From assembly GCF_964355755.1 (NCBI RefSeq), contig NC_092671.1:2604001-2668000 (forward strand): a DNA stretch of 64,000 nt, written 5' to 3'. Position 1 is the stretch's first letter. Each line of letters opens with the position of its first letter. The notes below the pieces were generated by a model, which was given only the letters and a program-made list of their open reading frames with translations, was not told the origin of the DNA and did no database searches. Positions 13,783-27,334 of the stretch are shown piece by piece. A program made the translations under genes and the position numbers. The DNA comes from Antedon mediterranea (taxonomy: Eukaryota; Animalia; Echinodermata).

Positions 13783-15893
13783 ACAGCATTTACTCTATGT
13801 GAAACACATATAAACTCCATAAAGTTTACAAAAACAATTTATTAGAGAATTTTTAAAAAAAGAGTCGAATTATCAGATTATCAGATATTCATAAAATAAG
13901 CATAACAATTGTGTGAATGTGAAGTATGCTTACTATAAAAATTTAGAAACTTCTGGTTAAGCAAGATTACCCAATCTTGTTCATTGCATAGTGGCCCTGA
14001 AATATGTAAAAATGTTACAAACTTTTTTTTAATGAAAAAGGCTTATCTTTGATTACGACCTTCAAATTCATGTACTAAGCACATAGCAACTAGGCTTATG
14101 AAGGAAGTTATGGCAATTACTATATACATTTTTACATTTTAATTTTCTGTTAAATTATAATTTGAAATTATGTAATTTTAGATTTTTGTGGTTAAAATAA
14201 ATTCAAAACAAAACACAAAAATATATGGTATATCAACCAATAAAAATAAAACTAAGGAGATTAAAATGGTATGGACACATAATAAGACAAAATGATAGGA
14301 ATTTCAGCCCCTTTTCAACTAATTTTAAAACAAACAAATATATTACCAGCAATTACGTTTGTTGATGATACATATTCAAATTCACATTTGGAATAGCAAA
14401 TAGGAGTAATGTAGAAAAAAATAATATTTAGGTCGAACACACAAAAGTACAATGTATATACATTTTATAATTTGATTTAGCTTCAAACTGTGAATTCATT
14501 ATAAATCAGTAAATTCAATTAAAAAATGAAACAGGCAGTACTACATTAATGTCAGTCTTCATTAAATCAAAGTAACATTCAAATAAAAATCAACTTTATA
14601 CTTCGCTCAAAATGACACCACACAAAGTTGAAGGGGGTAAAAATAATACATTACAATTTATGCGTCATATTGACTACATAATATTTCAACATACCAACAG
14701 TTTATAAGTTTTCATTTCATAGAAATTCTGATAGTTACCATTGCAAGAATTATCAGTAATCAAAACATAGTTCCGTGTGGAATATAGGGGCTGGAGTTGG
14801 GCCTAATCGCAACCAGAATCTCTCGGTAAATTGGAAAGAATAACTGATGCTAAGTCTGGTTTATTTCATACTGGTTAGAAACTTTCCAGTACAAGTTAAG
14901 TTTTCTTAATCAATTTGCAAGACAAATACCAACATATTGACGTCAACTAAATTTGCTAGAAAGTATTGAAGCAGAACGAAACATGGGTATGAATTTGGAA
15001 ATGAAAGAGTCCACCACCTACACATTAATATAGTTTAGGTCATAATATTAATTATGTTTTTCACTGGGTAAATTCATTTAATAAAATAAAAAACATCAGT
15101 TTATTTTTTCTTTGAATTTTATATATTTTAGTTATTTTGTATTTATATTTTCCATATGATTTTAGTAATACCAAAAAGAGAGCTCAGAAATGTTGGTTGA
15201 GATTGCTCACACTTTACGGCGTAGTTCACTGACTATACCAATAAATAAAAGGAGTGTAAATGAATTGTGCACTTTTTGAGTTATATCTTGCACCTGAAGA
15301 GAATAGGCTGGTTTATCCAGGTAAAGTTAGGTACAAAATATATTGATTCTCTCAAATAGAAAACAGAATGTTAACATCTAAATTGAGAATACCTCATTAA
15401 CTAGTGTGTTTGATCATCCTGATAAAAGCACATAAGAATCATTTTAAAAGAATCTATTCAATATTGAGGGCAGGCTTCTACCTCTCCAGGGGTTAATATA
15501 ACCAGAATTGTATACCAAATGAGTAATAGACCGAATAAAACAGAATATGATATTAAATCATATTAATATGTACAAATAGTGACGATAACCAGAAGATGAG
15601 ATACAAGGTAAAGACATAGGAATTGGAACTTTGTTCATAATTTAGTAAAACCAGAGCACATGTGATGACAGACTAGACACATTAGTAAGTGCCAACACTA
15701 TCACTCATGCTACAATCTATTTATCAATAGTATCCATCATTACTTGCACAAATTTTAGTTTAAAATAATGATTAGCATTTCCTTAACTTAAAATGACGTT
15801 TATTTTTAAAGGCCCTACACATCACACTTCATCTATGATAGGCTACATATACATATAGCCCAACTTCATATTTGAAACAATTTTCATGATATA

Positions 15894-16017
15894 CCGTAAA
15901 TCTTCTAATTGTAACCCTGGGTAATTATTCTTTGATTGTTTTTTAGAGTGGGTTACTATTAGAAGGGGTGGGGGGAGGTTACTGTTAGAGTGTGGGTTAC
16001 TATTAAAGGATTTACGG
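15894..16017. mobile_element. 124-bp Tc1/mariner-type (pogo/Tc2-like) MITE
   Basis: TA-flanked 24-bp TIRs, CCGTAAATCTTCTAATTGTAACCC / GGGTTACTATTAAAGGATTTACGG, with 3 mismatches. Confidence 0.8.
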
Positions 16018-19000
16018 TAATAATCCATTACAAGAAACCCTATCCCCTTTTCTCTACATTTTGTAGGGTATAAACTCGTCTTTAAAATATAGATTCAGAT
16101 TTTTATTCAGAGTAATATATTAAAATAATAGGCTGAGACTTGTAACAAATGTCACATTACACACTGAGAGTCACAATATTCATTTGACTGTTTCAGCTGA
16201 GGCGATCTCAAATTCTGAATTGCTTTGCTGTAAAAAAAAAATGACTAAATGGTTTTATAAAACAATCAAGATCGAAATCAATTGCTGTTTTAAATATTTT
16301 GTGCAGTTTTTTATTGTGAAGATCCATTTTTATTTGCTAACGTAGTGTTTGGTTATAAATTTGACTTCTCAATAAAAGCAGCAACTTATTGGTTGTGATA
16401 CCTCGTTCTAGTTCAGAATTGTGATTTAATATATCAAATAAAAAACATTTGAATGAGACAGTATCATTAAGGTTTATTGACCTTTTTATTGTGCATAATT
16501 AATTTGGTATCATGAGAGGAAAGACAATCATTTTATAATAATTCAAGACAGAAAACGATAAATTCCATCCGGACATATCTAACCATGTAAGAGGTTGCAG
16601 TAAAATGTTTAAGAAATGTTTCTCGTCATTTTTTATTTTTAAACGGAACTGATTGATAATTGAAAATTACGTCCTAGTCATAAGAGGTTATTAACATTCT
16701 GCAAAAAAAATTGCAACGTCACAAATCGTTTTTAGTCTTAATATAATTAATTGTCTTTGTCTGCGATGTTAAAATGGTTATTAATTGTTAATTTCATGCC
16801 TTTATGATGAATCATCAAGTTTCACTCTTAAATATTTTTTTTTTCACAGAAATTCTTTTGAAAATACTAGAGAAGAATTAGTACGTTGTCGTACATTTGA
16901 ATTTAATAGTACAAGGGGAGCGGGTGACCCAAACACTCCTGGATCCATCCCTAATTTCCTTCAGTGAATATACAAATATTTTACTTAAACTAAATTTAAA
17001 CCCAATGAACAAACAAGCATCATTCATTTTAAGACCAGTAAAAACTAAAAAGTTACTTTAATATTAAGAGTTGTGTCCTTTCTATAATTATTTCAATACA
17101 GACATATGTTTAACATATGAAATTGTGAAAAACGCAAAAAAAACAGTATTTAAACTCTTATCAAGATAAAACACAGACGACAAGAAAAATTGAATTATAA
17201 ATTCATCCTTCAATCCACTTTAGAGTAAGAGTGGGGTTTATATCCCTTAAAAATAAAACTCATTGAAAATATAAAATTAATTTCATTACTTATGTAACTT
17301 GTGGTTGTCAATTGTGACGGGGCAACTGTTCAATATACTCATTTTTAAAAGCAATTTTATTCTTCAGGGCGTCCCGTTGCACCAATGCACCCTTCAAATA
17401 TATTATTTGATAACGTTTGCTACCCTTGAATATAAGTGCTCTCTTCAACGAAGCTTTTGACAAAAAAAAAATAAATAAGATGCCGTTTACTGTATAGCCT
17501 AGGTTCTAGACTGAAATGGCAAATATGGCGTTCCATACGTATAATTAAGCTCTGTATTTTCAAACAAAAATTGAAACACCAACTAACTGGTGGACTAACA
17601 TAAAAAAGACAACAATACAGACTTGGAGCAAGTCTTATGGTTACTGTACAATTGAGGCCCGATTTCATCTGTATCGCTGAATAAACTATTTATTTCTAAA
17701 TACATTTTTTGACCACATTTCTGCTAAATTTGTTTTCCAAAATAACTTTTAAACCTGGGGTTCTTGTCAATTAAATATTACCCAAAATGCAACAGGTTAA
17801 ATGGCATTCCAATAAATTGAGTGTTTTAAAATGATAGTTTCAAGCTGTCGAAATGTTGTCCTGCTTGTAATGATTTCAGGGAAAACAGTAATATAAAATT
17901 GACTTATTTAAATTTATATTCTTAAAATTTCTAAATTTTCGATGAGATTCATTATTGGTAATTTTATCAAATTTCTGACGCAAAACGTCAAAACCATTCA
18001 GAGAGTTTGATAATTTGACATAAACTCTGTCAATAAACTTTGAAATTCCCCACATGGGAAAAACAAAATCTAATCTTAATCACCATGATCAGAAGACATA
18101 CCAAATCAAATCAAATTAAGACTCGACAAAAACAACCGGTAGTTATGTTGCCAATTTTGCGACAAGCAGTACATATCCCTTCAATCCAAGTATTCCCCTC
18201 TAGCAATTCTTTTGATTTACTGATCGATATCAAAAAAATGCCAGAAACTTGGTAATTAGCAATGAAATACTAGTTAAAATACCAGTCTGTTTACACTATT
18301 ATATTTATGAGTATATAATGTTACGTTCACATTGAGGGTGAATTTGGTCCAGTGGTCGGAGAAAACTCTGGGCTAATTTTTTTTTATCACTTGGATGTAT
18401 TGTGAAAAATAAGTTAGTGTTAACGGTTCTATTTTTAAACACCAAAGTGCTTTTTTATTATTTTTTTATCTGGCAACCCGTCCACATCTAGTGTGTGTAG
18501 ACAGTACATCTGTGTGTGTAAAAAAATTATTTCTAGTGTGAGATGGTTAAAAAGCACAATCAGTTTTTTGGTTTGGAGTCTACAGTGTAGACTAGACCCC
18601 AAAGCAATGTCTCAATCATCTGCCATGATTGTCCTATTGCCCACAAAGGTCACATGGGAAGAAAATTCAACTATTTGTGTTTGTCATGGAATCAATGATA
18701 AAGTTTTTAAAATTTCATAACGATGTTGATAGATGTAGATTTTTATTGCCTTTTAAACTTGCTAACATATTTGTATTTTAAATGTGTGTATGTTATGCTT
18801 CTCGAGAGGGGGAGAGAGGTTTTTGAAATAAATTTTAAAAAATCATCAAGTACTTTGATGTTTAGAATATTTATAATTCATAATTTTTGTTTTCTTTAAA
18901 ATTATTTTAGTTTTTTAATATAATCTTGATTCAAGAAAAAGAACTCTTTAAAATATTGTGCTTGATTAGTTGATTCCAATTATACCTCAATTTAATAATA

Positions 19001-19420
19001 AGTTATCGTTAATGTAAAATTAGTCCATGGTGACACGTAAACTTATCTTAGACCTTGATATAAAGCGTTGGCTTACATAATATCAACAAACTCACTATAG
19101 AAATGCCTTGAAGTAATTAACTTGTAAGATATTTAGTTACATTAATGTTCAAGCCGGATGGGATAAAACGAAGGAAGTCATGCACGACCATGACTCCCAC
19201 CCTAGAAATTAAAACATTCAAGTATACAAAATGGAGATACACAATCTAATGAGGCAAGTAAATTAACATGTTGAGGTGTTACAAAAACGAACCCACCAGT
19301 GTTATAAAAACTACCCCATTGTTGTGTCGTGGAATGGAATAAACATTCTACAAAGAATATATGATTTTCATATATTTTTATGCATAACAGAGTAACATCT
19401 CAGAATCATGGTACAATTAA

Positions 19421-19519
19421 TACCTTTTCACATCTGCAAAAACGTGTAATAAATCGGGAGATAAACCTGGTTACAAGTTTTTACAAGGTTTAACAATTTA
19501 TGCAGATGTAAAAAGGGTA
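19421..19519. mobile_element. Small MITE, probably PIF/Harbinger-type
   Basis: Inverted ends TACCTTTTCACATCTGCA / TGCAGATGTAAAAAGGGTA flanked by TAA/TTA. Confidence 0.6.
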
Positions 19520-20360
19520 TTAACTTGGTTTTACGCAAGTGCCACAAGTAATTTGACCAATCATAATGCGATGGATCATCCTGTTGCTTGTGATTGGTCA
19601 CTGACGAAGATTTAGTTTTTTATACAGTTCTATGATATCGCCATACCTCACCTGGTTCCATACAAAGTAATATAGAGGGCACTATTTACCTGATTTCTTT
19701 CCAAGCAAAAGAGAGTACCGTATGCAACAATTAAAAAAACATGTAAAATGTCAAATGTGTGGTAATCATGGTAACCAATTTATTACAATAAAATATGTAT
19801 GAACATGTTGTTGATCAGTTGTTGGATATAGAGATACAAATAGATAAAACAACAGATAGAAAGAAGTTCCAAGCTCTCAGAAAATGTTATTCCTTCGTCA
19901 TATATATCTATTTTAACTAACATGTTGACAAAAGCAAAATTCTAAAAGCATTTTACTAAAAGCAAGTTGCATAGAAACCCTTCTTGGCCTCCAGTCAAGG
20001 CGTTAAGGGGTACAGAATAATTTTCCCAAGTAATCGTTGCCTACGATCATATCAGAGAGTCTGACAACAAGTGAAAGTCTGCGATAAGCCCAATTATGCA
20101 ATAGGGATTCTTAAGACAAGGACGTAGGCCCAGAAGCATGTTATAACACTCACTGAATATGTCATATGTTTATAAATGACAATAAAACTGGGTACAATTT
20201 ATGACCTTAAAAATAAAATGTCCTATATTTTAATGGAAATCAATGGATTGACAAGTGAAGGTTTACATTTTGTTTCTCATAATTATAACATTTTAGGCCT
20301 TCACATTATATACTTTTATATTATTATTCCACTTTTATTCCATATTTATACACCCTTCCA

Positions 20361-20495
20361 ATCGCACATGCTCAGAACAATCTACAATACTCCCAAATCA
20401 AGGGATTCAAACCGATAATACTAAAATGCCATCGCACATGCTCACAATTAATACTCCCAAATCAAGGGATTCAAACCGATAATATTAAAATGCCA
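20361..20495. repeat. Two-copy ~70-bp tandem duplication
   Basis: ATCGCACATGCTCA...ACTCCCAAATCAAGGGATTCAAACCGATAATA.TAAAATGCC occurs twice. Confidence 0.85.
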
Positions 20496-21366
20496 TATAA
20501 TGCGCACATATTATGGTATAATTCATTTGGTATTGCCATTTGGAAAACAATAATTGGTTTTTGTCAACAAGCCATCACTTAGACATAAATGAACAACAAA
20601 GATAAAATAGATAAATGTTTGATAATTGGCAAAATAAAGTGATTATAAAATTATAGCATTATGGCTACTGCTATGACAGAGGACGTTCTTGATTGTTCAC
20701 TTAATTTCTTTAAATTTCTACAAAGTGAAGAACCACTTTCATGATGAAAATCACTTAATCTCATTAAACATAATTTTAGTATTATGGCAAGGAAATCATT
20801 ATTTTGTATGAATAAAAATTGATTTGACAGATAGAATGCTTTAAATGAATGGTAAATAAAGAATGAATCAATTTAAATTCTAAAATATAATTTGTGAATT
20901 AGCTTTTTATTAGGACTTCATTAACTGTTCAGAGGAAAAGATCTTTATTCAATTTAAAGATGTATTGTCCCCTAGAAACGTGAAAAATGAAGATTAATTA
21001 AATTAGATTTTGAATAGGTTATTTTGTAATTTTAATAAAGTTAATCACTTCCGTAGAAAACAAACTGAAAACAATAATGTTTTCCCTTATAAAATGACAA
21101 AATTAAATGGTTAAATTCAACCAAAAATCCATTGGCTAGAAGCCAATTTGACTATTTTCTGCTTTCAATTACAGTTTTTTCAGTTAATTCTAATTTTTTT
21201 TTCTCGATCTAATTTTAAAACTATTATATGACATTAAAATGGCATATTGAACAAAAAAATTTAAATAAATATTTTTTCAGGGGCACAATACATCTTTAAC
21301 TTATATATCACATAAACTGTCTATATATGGTGCATAATACAGAAAATTGGTTGTCTAAAGTGAAAC

Positions 21367-21709
21367 AACAATGATGAAGAGAGGAGACCAGTGGTGGATC
21401 CAGGATTTTGGAAAGAACAATGAGGAAGAGAGGAGACCAGTGGTGGATCCAGGATTTTGGAAAGAACAATGATGAAGAGAGGAGACCAGTGGTGGATCCA
21501 GGATTTTGGAAAGAACAATGATGAAGAGAGGAGACCAGTGGTGGATCCAGGATTTTGGAAAGAACAATGATGAAGAGAGGAGACCAGTGGTGGATCCAGG
21601 ATTTTGGAAAGAACAATGATGAAGAGAGGAGACCAGTGGTGGATTCAGGATTTTGGAAAGAACAATGATGAAGAGAGGAGACCAGTGGTGGATCCAAGAT
21701 TTTGGAAAG
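21367..21709. repeat. 49-bp minisatellite, 7 copies
   Basis: Unit AACAATGATGAAGAGAGGAGACCAGTGGTGGATCCAGGATTTTGGAAAG; copies are nearly identical and have no spacers. Confidence 0.95.
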
Positions 21710-23023
21710 TATAATATGTTGACATTTATAATACATTATGGAACTCATCAATATATATTCCTACAATTTATCTTTTTGTTTTGCTTTTCATTATTCTTTT
21801 ATTGCAAAAAAACTGTAAATTGACTAAAAAATTCATTAGGACGATGTTAGTCTAGAACTTTTAAATAACTCAATTGGTATCCAGTATCGATGTATTATAA
21901 CTATTAATCCTAAAAGAAAAACATTTCAAGTTTTAGAAATTTTATGGAGAAATTTAAAATCATAACCATAAGTGTATATTAATCTGTGAAAGTGTAAAAC
22001 TCTTGAAATTGTCCATAAAGTATGACATTTCACTAATTTTCAGCCAAAAATGACACTTTAAAAATCTGGTCTTAATACTTTTTTGAGATAAAATATTTTA
22101 AATCTAATCGAAAATGCGATGGTGATAAATATTAAGATAACATTGGTAATTTGAAATTTCCGTTAGAAAAAGAAACTGAAATGAGTTAGGCAAAAGGATA
22201 GATTTTGTCCCGGCCTTGGTTTGGGGGGATAACATTGGTGGTTTAAAGAGGTTTATGTCTGTCAATGTAAATGAATATCTTGTGCATTGATCATATTATA
22301 CTTAAGAAAACGAAACATGGAGCTTAAATAAGTCAAATAAATAAGTCTAAAGAATTAGATGGGAAAATAATCAATAAAAATATAACATGTGTGTAAATAG
22401 GTTTTTATTCTACTTATTCAAATTTCTGCCATAAATTACAAAATATATAAAAGGCAACTTGTAAAGACCAAACAGGTGCTACACATCTGTAATTGGTCAA
22501 CCCAACCTAGAGATATTTAAAAATGACGAATTATGATTATTATTTAATATTATATTATTAATTTGATTATTATCAACAAAATGAAGCACTAAGAGTTGGC
22601 TCAAAATCGCTAAAAAGCGCTTAAGGTGGATATTGTGGCCTGGATATCCTTAATTGTCCTTAAAAATGAATGGACTGTCTGTTGTTGTGGTGGACACTGC
22701 AAAAACGCAAAAATTAAAATTGTTATGCGTATACAATATTGCAGTAAACATATTATCTTATCTTATCAATCTAGCAGATTTATGACAGCATAAACCAAAT
22801 AGGAAATGGAGGAATATTTATATGATTCAATCTGTGTACTCAATCAACACAGCTTAAATGAAAGTTTTAAATCCTGGTACTAGGAGTCTAAATGGCAATG
22901 ACCTCAATGTCATTTCACACAGGTGAAATTAAATCAACATTTATTTATTCTATAATAATCATGGTTAAAATAACTTTCAGAAAAAAAAAGAGAAAGCTGG
23001 TTCAGGAAAAAGGTAAGTATCTA

Positions 23024-23804
23024 CCGTATATTTCGGTGTATAAGTCGCACTTTTGACATGCAAATTTAACCTCTAAATTAAGGATGCGTCTTATACACCG
23101 AACATAAATGCCTCACCACACAGATTGTACATATCGACACCTCATTGGCTAGGCCTGGGCTTTTTAAGGTAAGGTAGTACTAAGTACGAAGAGTACGCCT
23201 AGCTACAGTGTACTAACGTAACAGCAACCTGCTTCTGTCTAGTTTTCAAGGCATTTTAGCGTGATGTTGTACTAAATATGATGAAAAGATTTGAGCTGTT
23301 TTAGGCGCTCCGATAAAATTTCATTTGTAAACGTTTACGATTGGAATAGTATTATAGTTATACGCACGATCGCCGACCGCCGGCGGTCACATGGTGTACA
23401 GTATTCGACTAGTATATTCTCCAGTTGATTATAGCATAGACCTAGCGTACACACTTCTCGGATACATAGATAATAATCGAATACGATTGTCCGTAAAAAC
23501 GTGCGCCCTCTTGATAAAAGGACCGAGCGAGGCTAGCCCACACACAGGTGTTACACACACGTGCGGTCATTCACTCGATGTTGCGGGTGCAAAACTCGTG
23601 AATAACACGTTAGAAAGAACTGACGGAATGTGGGACTTCCCTTCTTGTTGAGGCTAGGCGCACCTGAGTCTAAGTAAGAAAAACATTGTTTTGATGAAAT
23701 ATAAAGTGCGTCTTATACATCGACGATACAAAATACCGATATTTTACTCTCAGTTAGGGGATGCGTCCTATACACAGGTGCGACTTTTATACCGAAATAT
23801 ACGG
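23024..23804. mobile_element. 781-bp non-autonomous Tc1/mariner (pogo/Tc2-like) DNA transposon
   Basis: TA TSD; 27-bp TIR CCGTATATTTCGGTGTATAAGTCGCAC (25/27 match); subterminal TGCGTCTTATACA repeats; CpG-rich interior. Confidence 0.88.
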
Positions 23805-24361
23805 TAAAAGAGGGATTAAAAGGAATTATGAATTATCACAAATTAAATTATATGAATGTTTTATTTAATTTTTTTTTTGTAAAATTGTTTATTATCCAGT
23901 CATGAGCTACGGCTGACTCGATTCTGTTTTATAAACGAAACTTTCTTTCTTTCCAACAATCGGGAAAAAGGGTACTCATTTTAAACACAAGATTTGACAA
24001 ACTTCACCATTTTGTTCAAATATATCCAATATGTATCTTGTTTGTGAGTTTATGATCAAAGGTTGGGAAGGGAGTTAATTGGAGGTTTTGTTTGCCGAAT
24101 CACCCCTTTGGGAATTATAGTCTTTTTTTTAAAAATCCACTGCAGTGTTTTTCATTTTCTATTTTAACATTGCATTTTTGACATATTTCTGTGTGAACCA
24201 ACTTCTACTGTTTAAGCCTTGTTCTACATGCTATAACTGTATGTAGTAATTTAAAGTTGAATTGGGCGACTTTTACAATATGCTTATTTTTTACAACCTT
24301 ATTGCTCCATATTTCGTGCCAATTCAATTCTATTCCTAATTCTGTTTCCTATTTTGTTGGT

Positions 24362-24484
24362 ATAGATGTATATAAGATGTATATAAGATGTATATATAGA
24401 TGTATATATAGATGTATATATAGATGTATATAAGATGTATATAAGATGTATATAAGATGTATATAAGATGTCTATAAAATGTCT
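24362..24484. repeat. 11-12-bp repeat (ATATAAGATGT)n
   Basis: About 10 tandem units; it explains the spurious ORFs at 24299 and 24336. Confidence 0.9.
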
Positions 24485-25238
24485 GGAAATAATCGTGTTT
24501 CTTATAAAATGAAGACATAACATTGGTTTTTTATGATCCATTTTCAATACTTGGTATATTTTTAATTATTTTCCATTGATTTGGTATAATAATATATTTC
24601 TCATTAACAATGAGAAAAAATATTCAATGAATGCATTTTCTTTCTTATATAACTTGAGAAGTAATTCTTGGTATGTTATCAGTTTGTTATTTACAAAAAT
24701 ATCATTTACTGTTCGAAATCCTGAATTTATTCAAGAGCTAAAATATAAAGACATTTACTGTTAAATACTTGTTCTTGTTCTTGTGCTGGGATTTAATTTC
24801 TTTAGCACTGTGTGGTACAGAACTAACAATATTATTTAGATTCACCAGTTCTTCTAAAAAAAACTTGGTTCTTTGTCCACAAAATGTTAAATGGCGTGGT
24901 TTGATATTATTATTATTAAACGAAAAACGTATTTGTTTAATATAGTAAATTGATATTTTAAAAGAAATAGACACAACAATTTAGTACAGGAAGTCACAGT
25001 GGATTTAAAAGTAAAATAGCTTTGGAACTATTAAGTAGTTATGTCATATTGTGTAAACATCTTATTGTACTTCATTGACAGTGACAAATATGTTATGTTA
25101 TATAATAGAATATAAAGCAAAATCAAAACATTAATAGCATCCATCAACCAAATGTTTTTCATTAAAACAAAAAAATATTAAAGCACACAAATTTGCTGAT
25201 ACAAGAAAGGGAACTTTGATAATATAAGCAAGGAATGT

Positions 25239-25382
25239 ATGTTTATTCAGTTTGAAAATTGTACTGGTCTTATGGATTGGTATAGGCTTGGTGAAATAGA
25301 TTCTGTCAATAATGAATGTTCGATTGGTTTTATACAGTATATGTGTCAATTTGCTTCCTTGGAAATCTACTTGTAATTATTA
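25239..25382 (+). pseudogene. GPCR subfamily A 5' fragment (N-terminus and TM1)
   Basis: ATGTTTATTCAGTTTGAAAATTGTACTGGTCTTATGGATTGGTATAGGCTTGGTGA matches 26191 onward; it then frameshifts and stops after GNLLVII. Confidence 0.8.
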
Positions 25383-25745
25383 TAAACTGCTGAAAAATTC
25401 TTAAGTTGAGTATTATGGCCTGAATTTGTACATAAAAATGCACTTTTAAAGAAGCCACTGCCTGTTGTTATGGTGGACAAAACAAACAAATACAAAATTG
25501 TGGGGTTTTGTTTTTTATCATTTAATACGATGTTACAGTAACGCATTACCTTATAAATCTATTGTGAGTGATTTGTGTCAGGATAAACCAAAAAATGGGG
25601 CAATACACTAGTCTAAGCGGGAATAAACGCAATGTGATAAGAAAATAACATTTATTTATTTCATTCAAGAAAACAAATGGCCATGTCAAAAGGATGTTGC
25701 CTACAAGAGACTATAGCTATCAAACTAGTTTGAAAAAAAAACCAC

Positions 25746-25809
25746 ATGTGATGTGCCCCAATATGGCAGTGATATGACATCATCATGTCCATATATGGGC
25801 ACATCACAT
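25746..25809. repeat. Palindromic element containing a CArG-box-like sequence
   Basis: Arms ATGTGATGTGCCC / GGGCACATCACAT; CCATATATGG at 25789. Confidence 0.7.
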
Positions 25810-26190
25810 TTTGTTGTCACATGAAATTTCAAAGGGTAGACAGAGCTTTAAGGATGGCAGTTGGTGGCAAAAGTAGGAATGAGCTTAATTCAAGAGGCCG
25901 ATATTTATTTCCACAAAATATGTAGTTTATAGACCTTAAAATAAATGTATGTAGAGGAAGTCTTAGATGCATATACATGGATTAAAATCAAAATTGCATT
26001 GAAAATAAGTAGTGGTGATAAGGTCCTACTATTGTAAACATCATATTTCAATGACATGATGATTATCCAATGAAAATAAATCTATTATTAGAATCTAAAT
26101 GTCGTTTATATTCACACTAAAAGAAAGATATCAGAACACTTGCTGTCAACAAATATTACGCAAGTGAGCATCTACTAATCAAGGAAAGTC

Positions 26191-27090
26191 ATGTCGATTC
26201 AATTTGAAAATTGCACTGGTGTTATGGATTGGTATAGGCTTGGTGATAAGGATCCTGTCAATAAGGCAAGATTGGTTTTATATTGTATTTGTCCATTATG
26301 TTTCATTGGAAACCTACTTGTAATTATTTCATACGCAACCAATGAAAGATTACACAAAATTCAGAATTTCTTCATCGGACTATTAGCGATTTTTGATGCA
26401 ACATCAAGTTTATTAATAATGCCAGGATCACTGAGTCTACAAGGCAATAAATCTGCAATTGTACAATTCACTATTTTTAGTTCAAATAATCTGTTAATGT
26501 CTTCAGCATTGACAATTGCTGCAATAGCTGTTGATCGTTCCATTGCTCTGGTATGGGCACCTCTCAGATACCATGCTATTGTAACTCTTAAGCGTTACAT
26601 TTTTGCAGCATTTACAATTGCAGTGCTACCCTTCATTTATGTGCTGATTATATACCTTGTTGATAGAAGCAGTTTCTTTCTTTCATTTTCTCTAACTATC
26701 ATTTTTACATTGTTAGCAACTATTTTACTGTACTTCAACATTTACATAAAACTGCAAAACAATCACACTACTGTAAACTTAACCGCCAACAACATTGAAG
26801 ATTTTAAAAAAATATTCAAAACATTTGCTATTATTATTTCAGTGTATGTGATCACATGGGGACCAAACACATGTGTTATTTTTGTTTATTTTTCTGGACT
26901 TTTTATTGATTGCTCAGATATTCAAGAAGATATGCAGCTTGTTTTGCCAATAACATATATTATTACAATTATAAATTCATTTATAAATCCAATTGTTTAT
27001 TGGTTTCATCTTAGTGAATTTCAAAGATCTATGAAAGAGTTATTTAGCAGAATACTGAAACTAAGAAGCACAAGAATAGACGTTATATAA
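26191..27090 (+). CDS. Intronless class A GPCR, subfamily A (A1), 299 aa
   Basis: 7 hydrophobic segments; GN (TM1), LAxxD (TM2), DRS..PLRY, TWGP, NPIVY. Confidence 0.93.
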   Translation: MSIQFENCTGVMDWYRLGDKDPVNKARLVLYCICPLCFIGNLLVIISYATNERLHKIQNFFIGLLAIFDATSSLLIMPGSLSLQGNKSAIVQFTIFSSNNLLMSSALTIAAIAVDRSIALVWAPLRYHAIVTLKRYIFAAFTIAVLPFIYVLIIYLVDRSSFFLSFSLTIIFTLLATILLYFNIYIKLQNNHTTVNLTANNIEDFKKIFKTFAIIISVYVITWGPNTCVIFVYFSGLFIDCSDIQEDMQLVLPITYIITIINSFINPIVYWFHLSEFQRSMKELFSRILKLRSTRIDVI

Positions 27091-27334
27091 AGTAATTGTT
27101 CCTCCACAGATTTTCGAAAAGATTTTGTGAACAACCTACTAAGCTCAAATAATTTGATATAAAACTTTGGAAAAATAGATGGCAAGAATAATCAATATGG
27201 TTTGAAAAAAATCTTCACACCAGAAAAAACAAATTTAACACTAAAAAAAATTAATATAGAATATCAATAATAAGCTTGTCTTTGAGTTTTGAGTTCATTT
27301 AAGTCAAGAGAATAAATGAGTACATTATACTGAA

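Noticed and set aside
7695-20418. Short 60-82-aa ORFs in the left flank
   Set aside because: Low-complexity AT-rich translations with no recognisable domains.
21367-21709. CRISPR-like regular repeats (also 27335, 35143, 41384)
   Set aside because: No unique spacers, no cas genes and a eukaryotic context; these are plain tandem repeats.
21308-21751. Three overlapping minus-strand ORFs with the same peptide
   Set aside because: Artefact of a stop-free 49-bp unit cycling through reading frames.
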